DNA from: a virus
Reading direction: 5' to 3' (one strand)
DNA length: 64,000 bases
Virus record (IMG/VR): IMGVR_UViG_3300005077_000006
Location: 1-64,000 of that record
The notes under the pieces: generated by a model
What the model was told of the DNA's origin: nothing
Databases searched by the model: none
What the model saw: only the letters and a program-made list of their open reading frames with translations
Shown here: positions 54,942 through 63,475 of the stretch, in pieces
Layout of the letters: each line of letters opens with the position of its first letter
Position numbering within the stretch: the stretch's first letter is position 1
Program-made: the position numbers and the translations under genes

Positions 54942-55342
54942 GTGATCAGCCTCCCCTTGGGGCCGGCGCGCAGGCCATCAGGCGTGACCAACCCCGCCTC
55001 CTTGGCTCGGTGTGTCAGCTCCGCCGTCTCGCACTGCTTGATCTGCTCCAGCAGTGGGTCCATCGTCGCCTTGTCCTCGTCGGGCCGGATGTAGCTCTTG
55101 GGGCAGACCCTGATCTTGGCGGCAGAGCGGCAGAGACCTGCCGGGACGAGTTGGTTCTGGAGGATGACGCCGCCGCCCGGGTTGGGGATCAGGAGGGTAC
55201 GCATGGTGCGGCACTCCTCCAGGACCAGGAACCCGCCGCCTTTCGCCACCTCCTCGATCTCCTCGTCGGTCAGTGGGGACTTGCCGACGTAGAGCATCTG
55301 GGGTGTCCCATCGGACACCATGATCCAGCGTGGATTGTTCAC
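54938..55342 (-). CDS. hypothetical protein
   Basis: GTGA-coupled to the helicase stop, with GGAGG RBS. Confidence 0.65.
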   Translation of the reverse strand: MNNPRWIMVSDGTPQMLYVGKSPLTDEEIEEVAKGGGFLVLEECRTMRTLLIPNPGGGVILQNQLVPAGLCRSAAKIRVCPKSYIRPDEDKATMDPLLEQIKQCETAELTHRAKEAGLVTPDGLRAGPKGRLIT

Positions 55343-56793
55343 TTTGCTTCCTCCTGGGTGTAGGGTTTCAGGATCTTGTAGTCCAGCGGCCCGCCTTGCT
55401 CTTCTGGCCAGCGTCGGATCAGTCTCTTCAGGGTGCTGCACATCCTGTGCAACTTGGGCACGTAGATGTGATCGAGCACCACTACCACTGGGGTCTTCTT
55501 CCCCTTGCGGTACCGCTGGATCCTTCCCATCCCCTGTTGCAGGGTGTTCAACCCGCCGTCCTCCACGGAGGAGCTACCGAACGGGGTGAGGAAGTACAGG
55601 GTGTCCAGTGTGGCTTCGTCCAGCGCCTCCTTCACGAGCTGGAGGGTTCCGAAGCTAAGTCTCTTTGAGCGCAGCGTGTCCAGGCGCTCCGCGGGCTTCT
55701 CCCTTCCAGTGCAGAGTCCGGAGTTCGCGAACATGCTGTTGAGTATTTGGAGCTGCTCGACGCTGTGACTCAGCACGAGAAGCTTGCGGCCCTTGTCTAG
55801 GGGCTGCTTCAGCTTGTTCGCGACGAACTCATTGCACTCAGGGAGACGCCCGAGGAATGTTCGAAGCTTGGGTATGTTCACCTTCCCGTTCCGATCGAAG
55901 ATCCCTGTTTCGGGATGCTTCGCTTCCGGGGAAGCTTGATTGACGATGACCGGACACTCCTGGAAGTAGATGCGAGGAGTCAGGTCTTGTGCCAGATCGG
56001 AGTGGTAGGTGTCACCGATGTGGTACTGATAGATCGGCTCGAGGCCGTCCTCTCTGCTCACCGTTGCCGTGAGGCCCTGGCGCTCCCCGTAGAACATGGG
56101 GGCCGCCTTCACGAACAACGGGGCCGAGAGGTGGTGGACCTCGTCGTAGATGACGATGCCGAAGTAGCGTGCCATGTCCGCCGGGACATGCTCTGCGTGA
56201 AGGGCTAGCGTGTGGAGCATGGCAAGGCAGATCCCTCTGCCTTGCCAATCCCACTTGCTGGGAGCACCTTGGATGATCCCCACCCCGCCTGGCACAACGG
56301 CCAGGTGCTGCTGGATGCGGTCGTACCACTGATTGATGAGCGTGGTGTTGTTCACCACGACGAGCGCCGGCACCTTGCGCTGAGCGATCAGCTTCAGGGC
56401 CAGGACGGTCTTGCCTTTGCCGCAGGCCAGGTTGAGCAGGCCGCTCTTGGATGCCACGATGTTCGGCCAGGCATCACGCTGGGTGGTCTTGTCAGGTTCC
56501 ACCGCATCGAGCGCGATGGATTCCTCGAATGGTACGTGTTGGAAGCGCGTGGGCTGTACGGAGATGATCGGGAAGGCCAGGTGAGGGTACTCGTGTCGCG
56601 GCACAAACTCACGCGGCACGATGATGTGGTCACTGTCCTCGTACCAGAGCTGCAGGTAGCTGATCCCCTCCTCGTCCATCACCGGGAACTCGAGCCCACT
56701 CTTCACAGAACGCACGTTGATGTGCTTCTTGGGCAGCCAAAGCTGCCGGCCGAAGTACCCCTTGTCGGGATCCTTCCGCACCAACCTGATCAT
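55339..56793 (-). CDS. SF2 DNA helicase (UvsW/XPB-like)
   Basis: ACGKGKT, DEVHH, GLTAT, QGMGRIQR; AGGAGG RBS. Confidence 0.9.
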   Translation of the reverse strand: MIRLVRKDPDKGYFGRQLWLPKKHINVRSVKSGLEFPVMDEEGISYLQLWYEDSDHIIVPREFVPRHEYPHLAFPIISVQPTRFQHVPFEESIALDAVEPDKTTQRDAWPNIVASKSGLLNLACGKGKTVLALKLIAQRKVPALVVVNNTTLINQWYDRIQQHLAVVPGGVGIIQGAPSKWDWQGRGICLAMLHTLALHAEHVPADMARYFGIVIYDEVHHLSAPLFVKAAPMFYGERQGLTATVSREDGLEPIYQYHIGDTYHSDLAQDLTPRIYFQECPVIVNQASPEAKHPETGIFDRNGKVNIPKLRTFLGRLPECNEFVANKLKQPLDKGRKLLVLSHSVEQLQILNSMFANSGLCTGREKPAERLDTLRSKRLSFGTLQLVKEALDEATLDTLYFLTPFGSSSVEDGGLNTLQQGMGRIQRYRKGKKTPVVVVLDHIYVPKLHRMCSTLKRLIRRWPEEQGGPLDYKILKPYTQEEAK

Positions 56794-56922
56794 GCGTCCT
56801 CCTACTTTTGGGACATGATTGCACATAAGTCAGTCAACTACTGGTAACTACTGAGTTGTGCTTCTGGGAGTGGGCCTAGCGTCCGCTGGTAAGCCCTATT
56901 TGGACATACTCGGTATGTCCTG

Positions 56923-57291
56923 TCAACGGAATCTGAAGTTCCTGAAGAACTGCCAGGCCTCGTAGAAGAGGCCGCGCAGGGCGCCGGCGGCGCAGTCCTT
57001 GGCGAAGCGCTCGACTGGCTTCTCTCCCTCCTCCACGATGCCGCTCTCGTAGTTGGAGGACACGCCATCGTCATCGCCGCGTCGGTAGGTTCGTCGGTAG
57101 GGGTTGCTGTTCGAGACCGCGGGACGGACCGCGGTGGGGCGTTCTCCTCTGTCTGAGTAGGAACGGCAGGAGTGCTGGTGCATGCAGCCCTGGCACTCGA
57201 AGTCGTTCGGGTCGTAGGTGTTTGGGTTGCCCCAGCACGTTGGCTTCTCCGACGGGCTGGTGCGGATCTTGACGTGATCGCCGTAGGCCAT
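56923..57291 (-). CDS. four-Cys protein, first gene of the replication operon
   Basis: CWG..YDP..ECQGCMHQHSC; AGGAGGAG RBS. Confidence 0.7.
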   Translation of the reverse strand: MAYGDHVKIRTSPSEKPTCWGNPNTYDPNDFECQGCMHQHSCRSYSDRGERPTAVRPAVSNSNPYRRTYRRGDDDGVSSNYESGIVEEGEKPVERFAKDCAAGALRGLFYEAWQFFRNFRFR

Positions 57292-57437
57292 GCTCCTCCT
57301 CGGGCTAGTTGTGGGGTTCTAGATGAAGCACTTATAACAGCCCGTAAGGACTTTTTGCGGGTGCGGGTGTACAGTGCTGGGTGGTTGACCCCGCTGCCTG
57401 TGGGGTCGTAGTATCAGTCAAGGATCACGAGGTAGCC
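57292..57437. promoter_or_regulatory. divergent promoter region between the replication and morphogenesis operons
   Basis: Plus: TTGACC(57385)-N18-TAGTAT(57409). Minus: AAAAA..TGTTATAAG near 57330-57356. AT-richer than the flanks. Confidence 0.6.
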
Positions 57438-58892
57438 ATGCACACCGGATCGATCGTCGACTTCTACGATGACCCCCAAGGTTCCGTGCTCAAGTCCCGT
57501 CTCCCTGGGGACCAGGTGCCGGACTTCATCAAGCAAGCGGAGTTCCTCACGGACCAGGTACGCGACAAGCTACCGGACGACGTGTTCGCCCTGGTGATGA
57601 TCGACCAAGGTGAGCGCATGAGGAAGTACGCCTGCACGGACAAGGGCAACACGGCGCTCTCCGTGATCTACTTCATGGAGAATCGTGACCGGCTGCCCGA
57701 GGAAGCGCAGAAGGTGGCCGCGGCCAACCTGGCCAGGGCGTGTCAGTGGTACGATCTCCAGCCTCCGCTCGAGCTGTTCAAGGTGGCTGGCCTCTTCAGC
57801 TTCCTTGCCAAGAAGCCAACGCGGCTACTCAACACGGCCATGGTTGGCAGCGACATCGCATCTCGTGGATCGGAGGGCATGGCCCGACACACCGAGGCGA
57901 TGGGCAAGGTGGGCGACCTCACCGGCTCGGAGATCATGCCGCTCTCCAGCAACGTGAAGACGGCTGAGCGACAGATGCGGATTACAATCACTCACCGGCG
58001 AGACACGCCAGAGGCGGTGCGTCGGCTCAGGGAAAGGGAAGTGGGCTTCATGACGCGGCAGGGTCAAGAGATCCTGAAGCGGAAGGATCTCGCTCCGCAC
58101 ATTCGGAAGGAGTGGGAGCAGTACTTCGACGCGGACGATGCCGGTAAGCAGAAGATGATGCGGGCGTGGGAGAAGCAGGGATCAGCGCTGCATCCCCACG
58201 TGGATGTCACCGGCAAGCAGCCGCCCGAGAAGATCAAGAGGGCCAGCGCCCGCCGGTTCTGCATGGTGAAGGAGGGCCAGGCCAAGTTCCCGATCGACAG
58301 CTACGGCCAGGTGGCCGATGCCGTCGGCTACTTCGAGAAGCACGCCCAGTCCATGCACCCGGCAGATCGCCGGATGTACTGCACCAATCTGACCCGCCGG
58401 GCGGACGAGTTGGGGATCAACGTCCCCTACGACATCCGGAAGTACGGCTCCGCCGGCTACGCGCCGGATGGAGAGATCAACGTGGCAGTCGCCACGAGGA
58501 TGCAGCACTGGGCGGATGACTCGCCCGAGCGGGACATGCTGAAGAGCCTGATGGAGAAGGTGGGGTCGGTGCATCCCGACGTCTTCTGCGCGGCTCTTCA
58601 GCAGTTCGATGAGGCCACAGGGATGCACTACCTGTGGGATGACGCGATCTACGATCCCTACTACTCCACCTACGGCTTCGTGAAGAAGGCGGAGTGGAAG
58701 TGGGAGGACGGCAACGATCGCCTGACCGAGGACCAACTCAACCTGTCCGCCAGGAAGGACTTCGACGCGATCAAGAAGGCCTTCGGGTGTGAGCTCGCCC
58801 AGGAATTCCGGGAGAAGCCGCAGCAGATTTTCGATTCCCTCCCCCTGGATTCCAAGCGTATCATTGCGCGGATGGCAAACGACCCCCAGTAG
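57438..58892 (+). CDS. head-associated/cargo protein with two DUF6582-like domains and many K-x-[A/G] sites
   Basis: RDKLPDDVFAL..RKYA and KFPIDS..V..AV.YF..RRADELGI; sites IKQAE, FKVAG, GKVGD, VKTAE, EKQGS, IKRAS, VKKAE. Confidence 0.7.
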   Translation: MHTGSIVDFYDDPQGSVLKSRLPGDQVPDFIKQAEFLTDQVRDKLPDDVFALVMIDQGERMRKYACTDKGNTALSVIYFMENRDRLPEEAQKVAAANLARACQWYDLQPPLELFKVAGLFSFLAKKPTRLLNTAMVGSDIASRGSEGMARHTEAMGKVGDLTGSEIMPLSSNVKTAERQMRITITHRRDTPEAVRRLREREVGFMTRQGQEILKRKDLAPHIRKEWEQYFDADDAGKQKMMRAWEKQGSALHPHVDVTGKQPPEKIKRASARRFCMVKEGQAKFPIDSYGQVADAVGYFEKHAQSMHPADRRMYCTNLTRRADELGINVPYDIRKYGSAGYAPDGEINVAVATRMQHWADDSPERDMLKSLMEKVGSVHPDVFCAALQQFDEATGMHYLWDDAIYDPYYSTYGFVKKAEWKWEDGNDRLTEDQLNLSARKDFDAIKKAFGCELAQEFREKPQQIFDSLPLDSKRIIARMANDPQ

Positions 58893-58895
58893 GAG

Positions 58896-59627
58896 ATGAC
58901 GATGGCAAAGCAGAGCAAGTCGTTCGGTACGCAGCGGGCGCAGAAGGCCCACCTCATGCAGCAGACGGGCGGTCTCGCGGCGGAGATCAAGGACCTCCGT
59001 GATGACGTCGAGGAGGGCTTCCAGAACAACGAGGCGCGGGCAGGCTTCCCGGCGCTCGACGCGCTCGATCCCGGCACCCTCCTGGCCGCGGGCCAGGCGT
59101 CGTTCGTGCTGGTGGGGAGGAACCTCCTGCAGGGGCAGACCTTCGACAGCCACATCAGCGGCACCGGCAACGCCCAGGTCACCGTCACGATGCTGAAGCC
59201 GGGCAAGAGCGGCGTGAGCTTCGAGGTGGTGCAGGGCGCGGGCGCCCTCGCTGCCGTGTTGGCAGCCGGCAAGCTGACCGTCACCCTCGCGGCCGGCGGC
59301 AGCACGGCGACGCAGGTGGCGGCAGCCATCAACGCGGCGGCCTCCTGCATCGGCGTCATCCACGCGGTGGCCGGTGGCACGGGCGGCAGCAACGTCGTGG
59401 TCGAGGCCGAGACGGATCTGGCCGGTGGCGTCGGCGACTACGCCGGCAACGCGGTCTACATCAACGGCCAGTCCTGCAACCCGGTTCAGGCGGCGAGCCA
59501 GTGGACCAACACCTCGATCACCGTGCTGGTGCCGGCCCTGACGGGGCGCGTGGCCACCGACATCGTGGCGGTGGTGGTCCTGTCGAACGGCGTGAGCACT
59601 GGCCAGCTCAGCGCGGTTCTGACGTAG
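58896..59627 (+). CDS. A/G/V-rich virion structural protein
   Basis: STATQVAAAIN module; IPT-like WTNTSITV. Confidence 0.65.
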   Translation: MTMAKQSKSFGTQRAQKAHLMQQTGGLAAEIKDLRDDVEEGFQNNEARAGFPALDALDPGTLLAAGQASFVLVGRNLLQGQTFDSHISGTGNAQVTVTMLKPGKSGVSFEVVQGAGALAAVLAAGKLTVTLAAGGSTATQVAAAINAAASCIGVIHAVAGGTGGSNVVVEAETDLAGGVGDYAGNAVYINGQSCNPVQAASQWTNTSITVLVPALTGRVATDIVAVVVLSNGVSTGQLSAVLT

Positions 59628-59639
59628 TAGCAGATCGGT

Positions 59640-60530
59640 GTGGCTACGCATGAAGAACAGCTACTGGCCGTTCTGGAGAAGATCGGTCAGCCGCAGGTAT
59701 CTGCGGACACACCATCCGTGCTGGATGCGGATGACGCCAGCGCCAGCCATGTAGAGACGGCTGGTTCATCCGCAGATCCAAACACCGAGGCCGACGGCGA
59801 GGAGCTCGTCGCGGTCAACACGGAGCGGCCAGGGTTGCCGGAGGATTCTCTGGCGCCCATCACCGGCCGCAACCTGTGGGTGCATCACGACACCCACCCA
59901 GTGGTCTACGATGTGGCCCTGCTCAAGGAGTACGGGGCCGACTGGTTCACGTGGGAGCCGGAGACTCTGTGGAAGGAGATCCGGGAGGACTTCCACCTAC
60001 CAGGCATCAGTGACCACGCGCGCACCAAGATCCAGGCGATCAAGACCCTCCACATCAACGAGTGGTTCTGGCAGCGATGGGAGGTGTTCTGCTGGATCAA
60101 CCAAGCGCTGAACAACAACATCCCCGACTTCCAGGTACTCCAGAAGCCGTCCATCCCGCAGCTCTTCAACTCCATCGACATCGGTACCATGGTGCGCGAT
60201 GACGAGGAGTTCACCCCCGAGCTCCAGATGTTCGTGGCCGCGGCGATGGTAGAGGAGGGGGTGTTCTACGCGCCGGCCCCGGTTGCCTTCTGCCAGGACG
60301 AGATAGTACAACTGTTGGAGTGGCGGCAGATTGGCACAGGCTTGATCAAGCAGGTGCAGGAGCGGTACCGGGAGATCAGTCAGATCTCAGCAGAGGCATG
60401 GGCCAACTCACCTGAGCCGATCTTGCGAGAGGACGTGGTGGACATCCAGGTAGCCAAACTGAAAGTTGCGTGCGACTATCTGGATCTACGCCGCCGACAG
60501 CTCCAGGAGCAACTGAGGCTGCTGAAATGA
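59640..60530 (+). CDS. hypothetical head-morphogenesis-region protein
   Basis: N-terminal LLAVLEKIG then acidic linker; YG.DW..WEPETLW core. Confidence 0.65.
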   Translation: MATHEEQLLAVLEKIGQPQVSADTPSVLDADDASASHVETAGSSADPNTEADGEELVAVNTERPGLPEDSLAPITGRNLWVHHDTHPVVYDVALLKEYGADWFTWEPETLWKEIREDFHLPGISDHARTKIQAIKTLHINEWFWQRWEVFCWINQALNNNIPDFQVLQKPSIPQLFNSIDIGTMVRDDEEFTPELQMFVAAAMVEEGVFYAPAPVAFCQDEIVQLLEWRQIGTGLIKQVQERYREISQISAEAWANSPEPILREDVVDIQVAKLKVACDYLDLRRRQLQEQLRLLK

Positions 60531-61429
60531 ACTACATCACTGCCTACCACATGCAGGGGTTCGTCGCGGAGCTGGAGAAGCAAGGCGGCGTCGGCGACTT
60601 CCTGAAGAGCCACCTCGCTGGTCGATACGGCAGGCAGTTGGCTCTCGGTGCTGGTCTCGGTGCGGTGGGTGGTGCTGTGACCGGGGACGAGGAGAACTGG
60701 AAGGGGCGGGCGCTGAAGGGGGCGCTGCTTGGTGGTGGGGTGGCGGGCGGGCGCATCCTCGCAACGAAGGCGGGGAGAGAGGCAGCACGCCAGGGGCTCA
60801 GCCGCTTCGGTGAGCGGCAGCTCTACTCACTCACCGGCAAGGGCTACGGTGGTCGGAACATCGACGTGAGCGAAGCCCGGAAGCTAGGGATCCTCAAGAC
60901 GCCCAACTTCGAGCAGATCTCCGACAAGCCGGGCATGCTGGACAGGCTCACAGCCAAGGTGACCGGCAAGCCTGCGCAGTCTCCGTTCCTTCGCGAGGCG
61001 AAGCGTCACGCGGCGGAGACGGAGGCCTTCGAGAAGGGCTTCCACAACATCCCGGGCGTGCTCCACGGCGCTCTCACGCGTCCTGGTGAGCTCCTCAGCT
61101 CTGGCTGGCAGCGTGGCGGTCGTATGGGCAAGGCCTTTGCGATCGGAGGGCTGGGGAGCGCCGCTTACGGGATGACCAAGAAGCCAGAGGAGGGTGGGCC
61201 TGGTCGACTGGAGAACGCGCTGCGCTCAGCGGGCTCGACGCTCGGCTACATGGTGGCGCCCGGCGGCATGCTGGCGTCGTCGATCGTGGCTGGGATGGGC
61301 AGCAAGGCGGGCGGCATGGCTGGGAAGGCGGGGGATGTGGCGGGTCGGCTGGTATCTCGAGGTGAGGCTCCAGCCGAGCAAGCCCACTACCCGGCTGAGT
61401 ACGCGGCCCAGCCGACCGAGTGGAGGTAG
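60527..61429 (+). CDS. basic glycine-zipper protein with N-terminal FVAELEKQG (cargo/ejection candidate)
   Basis: ATGA-coupled; GAGLGAVGG and GALLGGG segments. Confidence 0.7.
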   Translation: MNYITAYHMQGFVAELEKQGGVGDFLKSHLAGRYGRQLALGAGLGAVGGAVTGDEENWKGRALKGALLGGGVAGGRILATKAGREAARQGLSRFGERQLYSLTGKGYGGRNIDVSEARKLGILKTPNFEQISDKPGMLDRLTAKVTGKPAQSPFLREAKRHAAETEAFEKGFHNIPGVLHGALTRPGELLSSGWQRGGRMGKAFAIGGLGSAAYGMTKKPEEGGPGRLENALRSAGSTLGYMVAPGGMLASSIVAGMGSKAGGMAGKAGDVAGRLVSRGEAPAEQAHYPAEYAAQPTEWR

Positions 61430-61432
61430 CCT

Positions 61433-63475
61433 GTGCCGTTCGGCGGGGAGATCGCATCTCAATCTGCTCTTCGCTTCGCTCCTCTGAGGGGGCGAACAGG
61501 GGGCACCTCAGACTACGGTCTGCAGTACCCGAGTCCGTTCTTCGACATCGGGCACACCTATCTGCCATCCACCGTGAAGCAGATGTTCCGGTGGTGCAGG
61601 TACTACTTCCTGGTCAACCCGCTGATCAACGCGGTCGTGTTCAAGATGTCGGAGTATCCGATCACCGACATCTTGTTCGACACGGAGCGGCTCGAGCTGA
61701 AGGAGAAGTGGCAGGACTTCCTGCTGGATCATCTCCGGTACCGCGCTTTCCAGGTGGAGATCGGGCTCGACTACCACACCTACGGGAACGCCCTGGTCAG
61801 CATCTTCTACCCCTTCGTGAAGATGCTGGAGTGCCGGGAGTGCCACTACAAGGAGCCGGCGAGGGACGCGAACTACCGCTTCCAGAGCAACCAGTTCTTC
61901 ACCCACTGTCCCAAGTGCGGGCACCACGGTCCGGCCAAGGCCTACGATCGGTACATCAAGGCGCCCAAGGGGATCCGCCTGCTCCGGTGGAATCCCGAGG
62001 ACGTGGACATCCGCTACAACGACATCACCGGGGACTACGAGTACTACTACCAGATCCCTGTGCAGCTCCGGAACGACATCCTCATCGGCAAGAAGTCCAC
62101 CGTCGAGACAGTTCCGCAGCTCTTCATCGACGCGCTTCGCCTGAAGAAGGCGGTCGTCTTCTCCAAGGACAACATCTACCACTTCAAGCGGCCGACGCTG
62201 GCCGGGAAGGACCGAGGCTGGGGAACGCCGATGATCCTCCCGGTGCTGAAGGACACCTTCTACCTTCAGATCTTGAGGAAAGCCCAGGAGGCGATTGCTC
62301 TCGAGCACATCGTCCCCTTGCGGATCATCTTCCCGCAAGCCGGTTCTGCGACGTCCGATCCCTACACCTCCGTGAACCTCCAGGATTGGAGGGATCAGGT
62401 GGCAGGAGAGATACGGCGTTGGCGGGCGGACAACAACTACATCCCGATCATGCCGCTCCCCCTTGGGAACCAAACCATTGGCGGAGATGGGCGGGCCTTG
62501 CTCTTGAGCCAGGAGATCCGGGTGTGGTCCGAGCAGATCGTCGCCGGGATGGGAATCCCGGTGGAGCTCGTGTTCGGTGGTCTGAGCTACTCCGGTAGCA
62601 ACGTCAGCTTGCGGATGCTAGAGAACACCTTCCTGGGCTACCTTCAGGATCACCTCACGCTGCTGAAGTGGATCATCAGAAGTACCAGCGCCTACCTGGG
62701 CTGGTCCACCGTGCGGCCACGCTTCAAGCCGTTCAAGATGGCGGACGACCTGCAGCGGAAGGCCTACCTCTTCCAGCTCAACCAGGCCAACAAGCTCTCC
62801 GACGAGTCCCTCATGGCGGACGCGGACTACGACTCCGCCAAGGAGGACAAGATCATGGAGCGCGAGGCCACGCGGCGGGTCGAGGCGCAGAAGAAGCGCG
62901 TCCTGCAGGATGCAGACATGCAGGGCGAGGCCCAGATGGTCTCCATGAAGTGGCAGATGAAGCTCCAAGACCAGCAGATGAAGTCGCAGATGGCTGCCCA
63001 GACGGAGGTCATGAAGGAGCAGATGGCCACCCAGACGGAGGCCCAGAAGCAGATGATGATGGACCAGATGGCCATGCAGTCCGGTCAGCCGCCGCAGGAG
63101 GCGCCGCCGGAGATGCAGCCGCTGCCACGCCATCCCGAGCTGCTCGAGCCCCCGCCGGAGATCCAGTCCCCGCTGACCGCTCGAGCGGTCAGACCGCTCG
63201 CTCCCAACACCACGGGGGAGGAGTTGATGGGGAGGCAGAACGTCGACCTGTTGCTCATGGGAAGGCAGCTCGCTGATCGGATCTCCAACCTGCCTCCTGT
63301 CGTACGTCCACGCGCGCTGGCTGAGCTCAAGTCCCAGCAACCGGAGCTCCACGATGTGGTTCTGGGGCTAATGGTTTCCGGCGGCAACGGTCCGACGCAA
63401 GCCGCAGCCGCGGCGGCCCGACCTCTGCCTGAGCAGAAGCCAGCCCGCCGCGGCCCGGAAGCACAGCTCATCTAG
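61433..63475 (+). CDS. probable portal protein with Zn-ribbon insertion and Q/M/P-rich tail
   Basis: Helical core with D...YGNA.V, IYHFK..WG.P..P and I..GMGIP..L..G motifs typical of portals; CRECH..CPKCG insert. Confidence 0.65.
   Translation: MPFGGEIASQSALRFAPLRGRTGGTSDYGLQYPSPFFDIGHTYLPSTVKQMFRWCRYYFLVNPLINAVVFKMSEYPITDILFDTERLELKEKWQDFLLDHLRYRAFQVEIGLDYHTYGNALVSIFYPFVKMLECRECHYKEPARDANYRFQSNQFFTHCPKCGHHGPAKAYDRYIKAPKGIRLLRWNPEDVDIRYNDITGDYEYYYQIPVQLRNDILIGKKSTVETVPQLFIDALRLKKAVVFSKDNIYHFKRPTLAGKDRGWGTPMILPVLKDTFYLQILRKAQEAIALEHIVPLRIIFPQAGSATSDPYTSVNLQDWRDQVAGEIRRWRADNNYIPIMPLPLGNQTIGGDGRALLLSQEIRVWSEQIVAGMGIPVELVFGGLSYSGSNVSLRMLENTFLGYLQDHLTLLKWIIRSTSAYLGWSTVRPRFKPFKMADDLQRKAYLFQLNQANKLSDESLMADADYDSAKEDKIMEREATRRVEAQKKRVLQDADMQGEAQMVSMKWQMKLQDQQMKSQMAAQTEVMKEQMATQTEAQKQMMMDQMAMQSGQPPQEAPPEMQPLPRHPELLEPPPEIQSPLTARAVRPLAPNTTGEELMGRQNVDLLLMGRQLADRISNLPPVVRPRALAELKSQQPELHDVVLGLMVSGGNGPTQAAAAAARPLPEQKPARRGPEAQLI

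Noticed and set aside
56902-56920. Hairpin GGACATAC-TCG-GTATGTCC as a terminator
   Set aside because: No U-tract follows on the transcribed minus strand; kept only as a possible operator.
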